64,000 nt of DNA from an uncultured bacterium (GCA_963695095.1 CAVOFT010000001.1:32001-96000), one strand, 5' to 3'; shown: positions 10,819 through 21,284, numbered from the stretch's first letter. Notes: a model not told the origin generated them from the letters alone. Numbers and translations: made by a program.

Positions 10819-12054
10819 GTGGGCGCGCTCTGGAACCACATCCGCAAGGACCTCATTCGCCACCGCCGCGAGCCGCTCACCTTTCTCATCTGGCTGGGCA
10901 TTCCGCTCCTCATCGGCGCCCTCTTCACCCTGCTCTTCGGCAGCGACGAGGGCCCGCAGCCCTCGGCCCGCCTGCTCGTCGTCGACGAGGACCAGAGCCT
11001 CGTCAGCGGCCTGCTCGTGCGCGCCCTCAGCGAGGAGAACACCCGTGGTTTCATTCGCGCCGAGACGATCGTGGCCGAGGAGGGCCGCCGCTTGATGGCC
11101 GACGGCAAGGCCAGCGCCATGCTCACCCTGCCCAAGGGATTTTCCGCCGCCATCCTGCGCGAAGAGCCGCTGACCCTTCCCCTGCTCATCAATCCGGCCG
11201 AGCGCATTCGGCCCCTCCTCGTCAGGGAAGCGCTCGGCGTCCTCGTCGACGGCCACTTCTACCTGCACCGGCTGGTGGGCGAGGACCTGCGCTGGCTCGC
11301 CGGCCTGGAGCGGCCGCCCACGGACCTCGAGATCGCCGCCTTCAGCGGCCGCCTGCGCGCCCACTACGCGCGCCTGCAGGGCTCGATCAGTCCCCTCCTG
11401 ATCAGGGTGGCGAGCGAGCCGCCGCCCGCCGGCGGCCCGCCCGCCCCCGTGCAGTCCACGGCCCTGCTCTTCGTGCCCGGCCTCATCTTCATGGCCCTGC
11501 TCTTCATGGCCCAGGGCCTGGCCCGCGAATTCTGGGAAGAGGAGGGCCAGCACACCCTGCACCGCGCACTGATCACCCCCGGCGGCGCCTGGCCCTTCCT
11601 GCTCGGCAAGCTCCTGACGGCCTGGCTGCTCATGCTGGCGGTCGGCGCCATCTCCCTGTTGCTGGCCCTTCTCGTCTACGATCTGCCCCTGCGCGTCTTC
11701 CCGCCCGGCCTGCTCTGGTCGAGCATCGCCGGCGCCGGGCTGATGGCGGCCTTCACCCTGCTCTCCCTGGCCATGCCCAGCGCGCGGGCGGCGAACATGG
11801 TGGGGGTGGCCCTCGTCTTTCCGCTGATGATGCTCGGCGGCAGCTTCTTCCCCTTCGAGGCGATGCCGCCCTGGATGGTGCTCATCGGCAGCCTGACGCC
11901 CAACGGCTGGGCCCTGCAGGGCCTCAAGGCCATCCTCGAGGGTTCGTTCGCGCCGGCGGCGCTGGCCGGCGGCCTCCTCGCCATGCTCGCCGTCACGGCC
12001 GGGCTCACCCTGCTCAACACCCGGCGCCTGCGCGCCCGCTTCGGAAAGAGCTGA
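10819..12054 (+). CDS. ABC-2 exporter permease
   Basis: N-terminal TM, large soluble loop, further TMs, LGGSFFPFE.MP.W, TPNGWA. Confidence 0.9.
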   Translation: MGALWNHIRKDLIRHRREPLTFLIWLGIPLLIGALFTLLFGSDEGPQPSARLLVVDEDQSLVSGLLVRALSEENTRGFIRAETIVAEEGRRLMADGKASAMLTLPKGFSAAILREEPLTLPLLINPAERIRPLLVREALGVLVDGHFYLHRLVGEDLRWLAGLERPPTDLEIAAFSGRLRAHYARLQGSISPLLIRVASEPPPAGGPPAPVQSTALLFVPGLIFMALLFMAQGLAREFWEEEGQHTLHRALITPGGAWPFLLGKLLTAWLLMLAVGAISLLLALLVYDLPLRVFPPGLLWSSIAGAGLMAAFTLLSLAMPSARAANMVGVALVFPLMMLGGSFFPFEAMPPWMVLIGSLTPNGWALQGLKAILEGSFAPAALAGGLLAMLAVTAGLTLLNTRRLRARFGKS

Positions 12055-12056
12055 GC

Positions 12057-13197
12057 ATGCTGCGCCAGGCGCTCTACGTCGCTCGCAAGGATCTCAAGTT
12101 CCTCTTCCGCGCCCGGGAGACCTGGCTCTGGGCCTTCCTCATGCCCATCGTCTTCTTCTACTTCATCGGCACAGTCATGGGCGGCGGCAGCGGCGGCGGC
12201 AGCGGCAAGAGTCGCCTGGCCGTCTGGCGCGAGGCCGATGCCGGCCACCTGGCCGATCAGCTGGAGCTGCGCCTCATCGAGCAGGACTTCCTGATCCTGC
12301 ACCCGGCCGACGCCGACAGCTTCGCGGCCCTGCCGAGCCGCCTGCGCTTGCCCGCGGCCTTCAGCGATTCGCTGCTGGCCGGACGGCCGGTAACCCTGCT
12401 CCACGGCGACGACGGCGACGCCGAGGCGCGCGCCTATCGCCGCCTGCGCGTCTCGCGCGCGGCCTACGGCCTGCTCGCGGACCTCATCGTGACGGGCGAG
12501 GCCGGCGCCGCGCCCGACAGCGCCGGGCTCGCCGCCCTGGCCGCCATGCCGCGGGCGCTCAGCGTGCAGGTGGAGTCGGCCGGTGAGCGGATCGTGCCTC
12601 CCAGCGGCTTCGAGCAGGCGGTGCCGGGCATCATGGTGATGTTCACCGTGCTCATCCTCGGCACCAGCGGCGCCATCCTGCTCGTCATCGAGAGGCGGCA
12701 GGGCCTGCTGAGGCGACTGGCCTACGCGCCGCTTTCGCGCGGCAGCGTCGTGCTCGGCAAGTGGCTGGGCAAGCTGGCCCTCGGCCTCATCCAGATCGCC
12801 TTCGCCATCGCTGGCCGGCACCCTGCTCTTCAAGGTGCACTGGGGCGGGCAGCTGCCCGCCGTGCTCCTGCTCATGCTGAGCTACGCGGCCTTGATGGCC
12901 TCCCTCGGCATGCTGCTGGGCAGCAAGAGCCGCAGCGAGGGCCAGGCAGCCGTGCTGGGCGTCCTCTCCGCCAATCTGCTCGGCGCCCTGGGCGGCTGCT
13001 GGTGGCCCATCGAGATCACGCCGCCCTTCATGCAGAAGCTCGCGCTCTGCCTGCCCACCGGCTGGGCGATGGACGCCCTGCACAAGCTGATCAGCTTCGG
13101 CCGCGGACCGGAGAGCGTGCTGCCCCACATCGTGGGCATGGGCCTGCTCGCCACCCTGCTGCTGGCGCTCGCCGCACGCGTCTTCCGCTACGACTAG
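12057..13197 (+). CDS. ABC-2 exporter permease with one apparent +1 frameshift near 12809
   Basis: ERRQGLLRRL..GKWLG in frame 1 continues as LAGTLLFKVHWG..LGGCWWPIE..PTGWAM in the 12835-13197 frame; 1141 nt = 3n+1. Confidence 0.85.
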
Positions 13198-13937
13198 CCT
13201 GCCCCGCGCAGGAAGCCCGTGAGCACGGCTAGGGTCTCCTCGCTTCCCGTCCCCGCGAGGAAGCCGTAGTGGTCTGGCGATTCCAGGCAGGCATAGCGGG
13301 CACCCGGCAGCAGGGCCGCGGTCCGGCGCTGGAGCCCGGGCGGCGTCGAGCGATCCCCCTCGCCCGCCACCACGAGGCTCGCGAACCGTGGAACGGCGGC
13401 GAAGCGCACGCGGCTGGCGCCGCTGGAATCGAGCCAGGGCAGGGCGACGCTGCGGATCAAGCGCCGGCGCTCGGTCACGAGCTGGGCGTGGACGCGGCGG
13501 CGCAGGGTCTCGTCCTGGCGGTTCATGAAGAGGGTGGCATGGCGCGCTGCCGGCGGCTGCGCCCTGCCGCCGCCGAGCATCAGCGGCAGGAAGAACGCCG
13601 CGTTCGCAGCGCTGATCGCGCTCGATCCCGCCGGCGGAGCCGCGCCGAGCAGGGCCAGCTTGCGCAGCCAGGGGCACGCGGCGAGGCGCGCGGCAGCGAG
13701 CAGGCAGATCAGGCCGCCCAGCGAATGGCCGACGAGCGCCAGCTCCTCGCCGCCGGCTCCCACGGCCGCGGCCTCCGCACAGACGAAGTCCACATGCTCC
13801 GCCAGGCCGGCGCGACTCGTTCCCCGCCCCGGCAGCTCCAGCCCGCGCGCGGCCAGCCCCGCGCCGCGCAGGCTTTCCACCAGCTGCCCGGTGTGCCAGG
13901 ACGTGCAGAACATCCCATGCAGGACGAGGACGCGCAT
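13194..13937 (-). CDS. alpha/beta hydrolase
   Basis: LHG, LPGRG, GHSLGG nucleophile elbow, GEGD, DH. Confidence 0.85.
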   Translation of the reverse strand: MRVLVLHGMFCTSWHTGQLVESLRGAGLAARGLELPGRGTSRAGLAEHVDFVCAEAAAVGAGGEELALVGHSLGGLICLLAAARLAACPWLRKLALLGAAPPAGSSAISAANAAFFLPLMLGGGRAQPPAARHATLFMNRQDETLRRRVHAQLVTERRRLIRSVALPWLDSSGASRVRFAAVPRFASLVVAGEGDRSTPPGLQRRTAALLPGARYACLESPDHYGFLAGTGSEETLAVLTGFLRGAG

Positions 13938-13968
13938 CAGTATCGCCCCGCTTCGGAGCGAGGGCGGT

Positions 13969-15312
13969 TCATATCTCGGCGCTGGCAGCGCTTGGCGCGG
14001 GAGCGGCGGTAGCCGGCAGCTCGACATCGGGCAAGTCCGTCTCGACGTGGCGCAGGGAGCGATTGAGATAGGCCAGCGCGGAGATCAGCGAGGTGAAGAG
14101 CCCCGACAGCAAGAACATGAGACCGATGCCGCGGCCGGGCCCCGTGCCCAGCAGGTGGCCCAGCTTGCCGGCCAGCGCACCGCCCTCGAGGAGCAAGGGC
14201 ACGAAGAGACGGTCGGCCAGCGGCCCCGAGATCAGGTAGGCCAGCGGCGCCGCCGCCATCGCCACCATGCCCCGCGTCGCGAAGACGCGGCCCTGGAGTC
14301 CCGCCGGCACCTTGCGCTGCCAGATCACCTGGCTCGATCCATTGACGATGGGCGCGCAGAACATGACGAGGAAGAAGCCCGCCGTGACCAGGGCCGTGCT
14401 GGGCCTCAGGCCCACGAGCGCGACCCCCAGGCCGAGCAGGATGAGGAAGCCGAGGACGCCGTGGATCTTGCGCCGCGGCCCGCCCCAGATGCTGAGCAGG
14501 AGGCTGCCGGCCAGCATGCCCAGGCCGGCCACGGAAAGCGTGCCGCCCAGGCGCGCCGCATCCGTGAAGCTGAGCAGCATGGGCACGGCCAGAGCGTTGA
14601 CCATGCCGAGCAGGAAGTTGAGGGCGGCGAAGAGCAGCAGCATGTCGCGCAGGCCGCGGCGCTCGGCGATGGCCGCCCACCCGGCGCGCGCTTCGCGCCA
14701 GAATCCAGGGCGGGCGCTGCCGGCCGCATCGGCGGCCGGTCGGGGAATGCGCACGGCAAGCAGGCTGGCCATGGCAACCAGGAAGCTGGCCAGGTCGATG
14801 AGCAGCACGCCGGTGACGCCGATCGCCAGCATCAACACGCCGGCCAGGAGCGGCGCCAGGATGCTCGCCGCCGCCTGGGCCATCTGGGCCAGTCCGCTGG
14901 CGCGGGCGTAGTGCGCGCGCGGCACGAGCAGGGTCACCGAGGCCTGCCAGGCCGGACCCTGGAAGGCGCCCAGGCTGGCGCCGAGCGCGCTGGCGACGAG
15001 AATGTGCCAGAGCGCCAGCGCCCCGCGCCAGTAGAGCAGGGCCAGCGCCGCCGTGCCCAGGGCGGCGCCGAGATCGCTGAGGATCATCACGCGGCGGCGA
15101 TCCCAGCGGTCCACCAGCACACCGGCCAGCGGCGAGACGAGCACCGCCGGCAAGGTGGCAGCGAGCGCGATCATCGCGAACTGGGTGGCCGAGCCGGTCT
15201 TCTGGTAGACCCAGACGCCGAGCGCGAAGCCGCTGAGGCCCGATCCCAGCATGGACAGGGCCTGCCCCGCCCAGATGACGAAGAAGCCGCGCATCCCGGA
15301 CTGGCGCAGCAT
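13969..15312 (-). CDS. MFS transporter (MefA/EntS-like, MFS_3)
   Basis: WAGQALS.LGS, GVLVDRWDRRRVMI, VP..LQGRVF; about 12 TMs. Confidence 0.9.
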   Translation of the reverse strand: MLRQSGMRGFFVIWAGQALSMLGSGLSGFALGVWVYQKTGSATQFAMIALAATLPAVLVSPLAGVLVDRWDRRRVMILSDLGAALGTAALALLYWRGALALWHILVASALGASLGAFQGPAWQASVTLLVPRAHYARASGLAQMAQAAASILAPLLAGVLMLAIGVTGVLLIDLASFLVAMASLLAVRIPRPAADAAGSARPGFWREARAGWAAIAERRGLRDMLLLFAALNFLLGMVNALAVPMLLSFTDAARLGGTLSVAGLGMLAGSLLLSIWGGPRRKIHGVLGFLILLGLGVALVGLRPSTALVTAGFFLVMFCAPIVNGSSQVIWQRKVPAGLQGRVFATRGMVAMAAAPLAYLISGPLADRLFVPLLLEGGALAGKLGHLLGTGPGRGIGLMFLLSGLFTSLISALAYLNRSLRHVETDLPDVELPATAAPAPSAASAEI

Positions 15313-17367
15313 CTAGCGCAGCCAGATGCCGCTGAGCTCGAAGCGGCGCGCGGACTCGGGCTCCCAGAGAAAGAGGCTCAGCTCACGGATGGATGTGGTG
15401 TCCAGCACCTCATGCGGAATGGGAATGCGCAGATCGCGCAGCTCCCCGGGCGCGCAATGGATTTCCCAGGTCCAGCTGCTGGGATTGAGGATGCCGTCGC
15501 CCAGCTTGAGGTTGAGGCGCACGGGTTCGCCCTCGACGAGCCGCACGCGCACGCGCAGCTCGCGATAGGCGCTCCAGTCGGCGGGGGAGGCCAGGCGCCA
15601 GAGCTTGTGCTTGCCGGCATCGAGCGTGAAGGCGTAGAGGCCGTCGCCGGCAACGTCGCGTCCCGCCTTGCTGTTGCGCGCGCCGTGCCAGCCCTTGCCC
15701 GGCTGCTCCAGGTTGGTGACGGCGCGCTCGCTGCCGCTCCGCTCGGCGCCGAGGGCGGCCAGCGTCTGGAGCGCGCTCGCGGCCCTGGTCGCGTCGCCGG
15801 CCAGGGCCCAGCCCGCGGCCTGGCGCCAGGCGAGCAGGAAGCGCGGATCGCGTTCCCACTCCAGGCCTCCCCGCACGGGGAGACCCGCAAGCACCTGCCG
15901 CGCCAGCGGGTCCTGGGAGCCGCGCAGCAGGACGGCGTAGTCCACGTCGTCGAAGCCGTCGCGCAGCATCTTGAGACGGATGGAGGGCAGCGGTCCCTCG
16001 GGCCCGGGATAATAGAGGCTGCCGTTGCCGTTCTGGCGCGGGTAGACCATGGGGTCCCGCCAGGGATCGACGGTCCAGTAGTTGACGCACCAGAAGAGGA
16101 AGCCGCCGTAGCCGGCCGTCCAGACCGCCAGCGGCGATACGCGCGCCTCGATGCCGTCGACGTCCAGATGCAGGGCCGGCACGTCGCTGCCCGCATTGCC
16201 CGCGGTGTAGACCCAGAGATCGCCCGGCTGCCGTCGCTCGTCCTTGCTACGACGGCCGATCTCACGGGCGTGCATCTGCGCATCGCCGAGGCGGGGGCAC
16301 CAGATATCGACGTCCGGGTAGCCGTCGGCGGGCAGCATCGTGATGAGGTTCTTCAGATCGGGGGCCGCCCGGTGCACCATGCCCGTCAGCTCGGCCACCT
16401 CGGCGTAGCTCTCGTCGACGAGGTAGGTGTAGAAGCGGTCCAGCCAGCCCTTCTCGCGCAGATGATCGGCAAGGGCCCGCCAGTGCCCCTCGCTGTAGGC
16501 ATTCAGCTTGCGCGGGCCCTCGAGACCGAAGTGGGTCTGCCCGCGGGCCATCGCCCACTCGATCTTGGCATCCCAGGCGCTGAAGTCGGCGCGACGGAGC
16601 TGGCCGTCGTCACCGAGGGCGAGCTCGGGGCGGGTATGGACCTCATCGCCCCCCACATGCGTGGGCATGATCCGGTGCGCGAGCATGTCCTCGTGGTAGC
16701 GGCGGATCATGGCTTCCGCCGCGCTCGTGCCCCGCTCGAGCTTGTGCTGCTCGTAGAGATAGCGCACGCGCAGGAGGAAGGAGCTGGGCAGGCTGGGCGC
16801 GAGGGGCAGCTCGAAGTCCCAGATCTCGACCGCCAAGGGCAGGGTTTCGGCCCAGCCGGAGGCGCTGAGCTCGATGCTGCCCTGCCAGCGGCCGGCCTTG
16901 GCCGTGCGCGGCGCCTGGAGTTCGATCCAGATCGGCTGGGCGCGCCCCGCGGGCAGATCCACGCTGGCGGCCGCGAGCAGGGGATCCGGCCACTCGCCGA
17001 CGCGCAGAGTGCCGTAGTAGGGCTTCTTCGTGGTGACATAGCCGACGAAGTCGCAGCGAAGCGTGCCCGGCGCCCAGCGTTCGCCGGAGGCGTGCGTGAA
17101 CTCGCCACTCGCCACCCTCAGTCCCCTGAGCCCGCCGGCCGGGGCCAGCACGAGGAGCTGGATGGCCTCGCTCTCGCCGCGGGCGGCCGAGATCACAGGC
17201 TCGCTCTCATATTGCACGAGGAAACTCGGCAGGGGTGCGGCCGGCAGGGGCTTGGCCAGCGGACTCAGGAACCAGTGCGCGGGCTCGGCCGCCCGGGCCG
17301 GGCTCAGCGCGGCAGCGATCAGGCAGAGCGTAAGGGTCGACAGCGGCAGCGGACTCCGCATCGTCAT
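15313..17367 (-). CDS. secreted DUF4091 / GH123-like glycoside hydrolase
   Basis: Signal peptide, ARGESE..Q, WPDPL, QPIW, DE pair, GFLFW..NYW, GNGSLYYPG..PSIRL..RDG.DD. Confidence 0.75.
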   Translation of the reverse strand: MTMRSPLPLSTLTLCLIAAALSPARAAEPAHWFLSPLAKPLPAAPLPSFLVQYESEPVISAARGESEAIQLLVLAPAGGLRGLRVASGEFTHASGERWAPGTLRCDFVGYVTTKKPYYGTLRVGEWPDPLLAAASVDLPAGRAQPIWIELQAPRTAKAGRWQGSIELSASGWAETLPLAVEIWDFELPLAPSLPSSFLLRVRYLYEQHKLERGTSAAEAMIRRYHEDMLAHRIMPTHVGGDEVHTRPELALGDDGQLRRADFSAWDAKIEWAMARGQTHFGLEGPRKLNAYSEGHWRALADHLREKGWLDRFYTYLVDESYAEVAELTGMVHRAAPDLKNLITMLPADGYPDVDIWCPRLGDAQMHAREIGRRSKDERRQPGDLWVYTAGNAGSDVPALHLDVDGIEARVSPLAVWTAGYGGFLFWCVNYWTVDPWRDPMVYPRQNGNGSLYYPGPEGPLPSIRLKMLRDGFDDVDYAVLLRGSQDPLARQVLAGLPVRGGLEWERDPRFLLAWRQAAGWALAGDATRAASALQTLAALGAERSGSERAVTNLEQPGKGWHGARNSKAGRDVAGDGLYAFTLDAGKHKLWRLASPADWSAYRELRVRVRLVEGEPVRLNLKLGDGILNPSSWTWEIHCAPGELRDLRIPIPHEVLDTTSIRELSLFLWEPESARRFELSGIWLR

Positions 17368-17413
17368 GCGTGCTTCCTCTCTTGGCCAGCGGGGGCCCGC
17401 CGGTCGCTTCCCG

Positions 17414-17443
17414 TTGGCGCCGCGGCGCGAACGTTGCTATACT
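17414..17443 (+). promoter_or_regulatory. sigma70-type promoter with extended -10
   Basis: TTGGCG-N18-TATACT with TG-n before the -10; no protein gene downstream on this strand. Confidence 0.65.
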
Positions 17444-17449
17444 TCTTCT

Positions 17450-17624
17450 GTCTCGAGTCCGGCGACGCTATCGGGAAATCCAACCCCGCTCCAAGCGCCT
17501 GTGGACGCTCGCAGTCAGCCGGCCCGAGATCTGGATCCTACCAGCGGGTCCACTTACCAGTGGAGAGAAATCCATCGTGACGCTGGAGGGTTTGCGAGGG
17601 GCCTCACTTGGCCCCTCTCTTTTT
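17450..17624 (+). ncRNA. putative structured ncRNA, 6S RNA-like
   Basis: Own promoter and terminator; TCCGGCG-ACG pairs with CGT-GA-CGCTGGA, CCCGCT with AGCGGG; central bubble with 3' hairpin TCCACT-TACC-AGTGGA. Confidence 0.55.
17596..17624 (+). terminator. intrinsic terminator
   Basis: GAGGGGCC-TCACTT-GGCCCCTC then TCTTTTT. Confidence 0.85.
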
Positions 17625-17653
17625 GATTGCCCTGCCGTGCCGGCCGTCGGCGG

Positions 17654-19127
17654 TCAGGCGCCGGCAAGCGCGGCCAGAGAAGCCCGCGCCTTGTGTCGGG
17701 CCTCCTCCCACTCCGCCTCCGGGTCGCTGTCGTAGACCACGGCGCCGCCTGCTCCCACCAGGGCTTGCCCGCCAACGATCTGGATCCCCCGGATGACGAT
17801 GCTCAGGTCGAGGCTGCCGTCGAAGCCGAGATAGCCCTGACAGCCTGAATACCAGCCGCGCACGCAGGGCTCGAGCCCTTCGAGGATCTGCAGCGCGGCG
17901 ATCTTCGGCGCGCCGGTCATCGAGCCGCCGGGAAAGGCGCTGGCGAGGAGATCGCAGCGGTCCTGCCCCGGCGCCAGCTCGCCCTCGATCGTGGAGACCA
18001 TCTGGAAGACGGCCGGGTGCGTTTCGATCGCGCAGAGCTCGCTCACATGCACCGAGCCCGGGATGCAGACGCGGTGCAGGTCGTTGCGCAGGAGATCCAC
18101 GATCATGATGTTCTCGGCGCGGTCCTTGGCGCTCGCGGCCAGCTCCGCGCGGAGCAGGGCATCCTCGGCATCATCCCGCCCCCGCGGGCGGGTGCCCTTG
18201 ATCGGCCGCGCCTCGACCCGGCCGCTCGGGCGTGACACGCAGGAAGCGCTCGGGGCTGGCGCCGACAAGAACGCCTTCGGGGTGGCGAAAGAAGCTGGCA
18301 TAGGGCGCGGGGTTCATCGCGCGCAGGCGGCGGTAGAGGGCCACCGGGTCCCCCGCGAAGGGCGCGGCGAAGCGGGTGGTGAGGCAGAGCTCGTAGGCCT
18401 CGCCGTCGAGGATGGCCTCCCGGCAGCGGGCCACCGCGGCCAGGTAGGCCCGATGCTCGAGCGAGGCGATGGGCTCCCGATCGACAGCTGCGGGCTCCGC
18501 GGCCGCTGCCCGGGCCGGCGGGTCCCCGTGCGGCGCTGCCTGCACCTCGAGCAAGGCTTGCACTTCCTCCGCAAGCAGGGCGGCGCGGGCGCGAGATTCG
18601 CGCCGAGCCGCGGCCTCACTTGGCCCGCGCGCGGTGGCGAGGGCGTAGGCCTCGCCGCTCTCGCGGTCCACCGCCAGCAGCCGCTCGTGGAAGTAGAGCG
18701 CGATGTCCGGCAAGCCGAGATCGTCCTCCGCAAGCGGATGCAGGGGCAGGAGCCGCCGGCCGAGTTCATGGGCGAAGAGTCCCAGCGCTCCGCCATGAAT
18801 GGGCAGCGCCGGATCGCTGTCGACGCGGGGAAAGGCGGCGAGGGTGCGGCGCAGGGCGGCGAGAGGTGGCTCGCGCCACGCGTGACTCACGCCGCGGCTG
18901 TGCCAGTGAAAGCGATTGGCGCCGGCCCGACTCACGAAGCGGGCCGTCGGGTGGCTGGCGAGCAGGGACCAGCGGCCGGGCGGCCCTGCGCTCTCGAGCA
19001 GGGTCAGGGCGCCGCCGCCCGCGCGCTCCATCAGATGGCCGAGAGCGGCCGGATCCAGGCGGCGATCCAGGCGCAGGCTGGCCGCGGTAGCACGATCGGT
19101 TGCGGGCGCAGGTGGGCGGGGAATCAT
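17654..19127 (-). CDS. pabB: chorismate-binding enzyme, aminodeoxychorismate synthase component I (PabB/TrpE family); one apparent +1 frameshift near 18229
   Basis: LLES, GEAYE, NPAPY, SPERFL / RPIKGT, KDRAENIMIVDLLRNDL, FPGGSMTGAPK, GAGGAVV.DS; 1474 nt = 3n+1. Confidence 0.8.
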
Positions 19128-19174
19128 GACCTGGGTCTATCACCTTTGCCGAGATCGAGGCCAGAGGCAGGGAG

Positions 19175-19203
19175 AAAAGGGGGCGGGTCCGGGACCCGCC
19201 CCC
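19175..19203 (-). terminator. intrinsic terminator (minus strand)
   Basis: 11-bp stem GGGGGCGGGTC/GACCCGCCCCC followed by TTTTCT on the minus strand. Confidence 0.8.
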
Positions 19204-19269
19204 CTGCGTCGCTCTCTCTCGTCTCGATACTACCCAGCAGGAGGGAATCGCACCGGGTTCGGGAATCGC

Positions 19270-19368
19270 CTAGATGGCATGCTCGATGAGCCAGAAGAGG
19301 ATCGTGAAGACCGAAGCGACCAAACTGAAGATTGCTCGCAGGAGGCCGCCAACGAATCCAAGTACCAT
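19270..19368 (-). CDS. 32-aa hydrophobic small protein MVLGFVGGLLRAIFSLVASVFTILFWLIEHAI
   Basis: GGAGG-N7-ATG, single TM-like peptide, terminator downstream. Confidence 0.6.
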   Translation of the reverse strand: MVLGFVGGLLRAIFSLVASVFTILFWLIEHAI

Positions 19369-19507
19369 CTTCCGTCCTCCGGATGTGGGCTCTACGGGTC
19401 GGACAGGATTGAGTTCCCCAGGGTTGCGGCTCGAGGCGAGTTTTACCGGATTTACAAGTGTGCCGCCGACGATTGCATAAATGATGATCTTCCCTGCGAC
19501 CGCTCGC

Positions 19508-20299
19508 TCATTCGTTGGGCGGCGGCCCCTCGCCCAGGCGGGCCAGGCCGCTCCGGAAGGCCTGCTGGACAGCGGCCGCATCCGGGCGCAGTTCCTCGCC
19601 CTGCACTCGGGCGAGGCCGGCCAGGGCCTCGTGGTCGCCCTGGGCGGCGAAGAAGGCCTGGGCCTCCTGGATGAGGAGATTTCGGGACGGATAGGCGGGA
19701 AATTCGAGGGCCCGGCGGTAGGCGGGCCCGGCCTCGCTCGGCCGGCCCAGGTCCCGAAGGCAGCGGGCCTGGAGATGGTGCCATTCGGCGTAACGGCTCA
19801 GGCCGGGGCGGGCCTCGCCGAGATGCTCCAGGGCACGGGCGCTGCGACCGTCGAGCAGGGCCACCATGGCGGCGAGATACTGCAGCCCCTCGTCGTCGGG
19901 GCTCTGCCGGAGGGCGGGTTCCAGCGCCTCCCAGGCCCGCGCGCCCTGGCGCGCGCCCAGCAGGCTCAGGGTGCGGGCGACCGCTTCCCCGTTGGCTCGC
20001 CGCGGGTGGTTGTAGGCCATCCAGAAGACGATCATGCCGACCAGCCCGAGGACTGATGCCATGCGCACCGACACCAGCCAGAGCAGGAAGGCCGCCCCGA
20101 GCAGGATGAAGAAGAGGCAGCCCCAGGGCGTCCGCCCGCTGGGGACGAGCAGGCCGATCGGCCAGCTCTCCGGCGGTCCGGCCTCGGTGAGCGTCAGCGG
20201 CACGCCATCTGGCCCGCCGCTGACGGGTGGCATCGCGGCCAGGGGTCGGCGCAGGAGGCCGGGGGCAATCGGGCGGGCGCGGGGCGCGCGGCCTGCCAC
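19508..20299 (-). CDS. membrane-anchored TPR-like protein (start uncertain)
   Basis: Two TMs then helical repeats (AR.L..LGR..EA...YRRALE); abuts upstream gene. Confidence 0.65.
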   Translation of the reverse strand: MAGRAPRARPIAPGLLRRPLAAMPPVSGGPDGVPLTLTEAGPPESWPIGLLVPSGRTPWGCLFFILLGAAFLLWLVSVRMASVLGLVGMIVFWMAYNHPRRANGEAVARTLSLLGARQGARAWEALEPALRQSPDDEGLQYLAAMVALLDGRSARALEHLGEARPGLSRYAEWHHLQARCLRDLGRPSEAGPAYRRALEFPAYPSRNLLIQEAQAFFAAQGDHEALAGLARVQGEELRPDAAAVQQAFRSGLARLGEGPPPNE

Positions 20300-20301
20300 C
20301 G

Positions 20302-20706
20302 CTACCAGTCCAGGGGCAGCAGGCGGGGAACGCGGCCGCGGACAAGGAAGGTGAGGAGCAGGGTGAGGCCGGCCAGTCCGTACCAGACAGAGCGCGGGGC
20401 CTGGAAAACCCCCGCCAGCTGGCGGCCGGAGAGCGCCCGGGGCAATTCGAGGCGGAGCGAGAAATCCACGCCGGCCATGGCGAGCAGGGCGACGGCGGTG
20501 GCGACGGCCAGAGGCAGCGCGATATAGAGGGCGAGTCGCCAGTAATCGTTCAAACGCGAGAGGGGTCGGGCCGGCGCCGGCGCCGGGTAGCGGGCGAGCA
20601 GAGCGGCGCGCCAGGCGCTCGGGTGAGCGGAGGCCACGGCCGGCGCGCCGGCGTAGAGGCGCTCGTCGGCCAGGTGTTCACGCAGGTTGCGCAGATCCTC
20701 AGGCAT
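20302..20706 (-). CDS. two-TM protein, putative anti-sigma factor
   Basis: Overlaps sigma 3' end, GGAG RBS, two TMs; role inferred from position. Confidence 0.6.
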   Translation of the reverse strand: MPEDLRNLREHLADERLYAGAPAVASAHPSAWRAALLARYPAPAPARPLSRLNDYWRLALYIALPLAVATAVALLAMAGVDFSLRLELPRALSGRQLAGVFQAPRSVWYGLAGLTLLLTFLVRGRVPRLLPLDW

Positions 20707-21250
20707 CGCACTCCAGCTCCCCGCGCAGTCGATGAAGGGCGCGATGGATGCGGGTCTTCACCGAGCCCAGCGGCATCTCCAGTCTATCGGCCACCTCGTT
20801 CAGCTTCAAGTCCTCAAGGTAGCGCAGGGCGAGGATCTCCCGGTCGCGGGGGTCGAGCAGGGCAAGGGCCCGGGCCACCTGGGCCGCGCTCTCGCGGCGG
20901 GCGAGCAGGCGCTCCGGATCGAACTCCGCGGCTGCCGGCAGGGCCGCGGCGGCCTCCAGCGGCGCCTCGCGGCCGGCCAGGCGCTTCTGCTTTTCGAGGT
21001 GGCGCAGCGCCTCCCGGTAGGTGATGCGGTAGAGCCAGGTGGAGAGCCGGCTCTCGCCTCGAAAGCGCGGAAGGGCGCCCAGCGCGCGGTCGAAAACGCG
21101 ATAGAGCACGGCGTCCTCCTCGGCCCGCAAGCGGCGGAGCTGGGCGCGCACGGTGGGCTCCCAGTCGTCGAGAAAGCGGCTGGCCCGCCGGCGGTCCAGG
21201 GGTAGATAGTGGGCAGCCAGCTCGCGGGCCTCGAGTTGTCCGTCGCTCAC
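20699..21250 (-). CDS. ECF sigma factor (SigW/SigE-like)
   Basis: FRGESRLSTWLYRI, REILALRY..L...EVA..L.MPLGSVKTRIHRA; GTG 21250 preferred because ATG 21298 lies inside a promoter spacer. Confidence 0.85.
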   Translation of the reverse strand: MSDGQLEARELAAHYLPLDRRRASRFLDDWEPTVRAQLRRLRAEEDAVLYRVFDRALGALPRFRGESRLSTWLYRITYREALRHLEKQKRLAGREAPLEAAAALPAAAEFDPERLLARRESAAQVARALALLDPRDREILALRYLEDLKLNEVADRLEMPLGSVKTRIHRALHRLRGELECDA

Positions 21251-21284
21251 GGCGGCCGCCCCTTCGGAATCCTCATCTGTGGGG

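Noticed and set aside
13525..17580. 1351-aa plus-strand ORF
   Set aside because: Antisense shadow of the hydrolase, MFS and DUF4091 genes; no motifs; long shadow ORFs are expected at this GC
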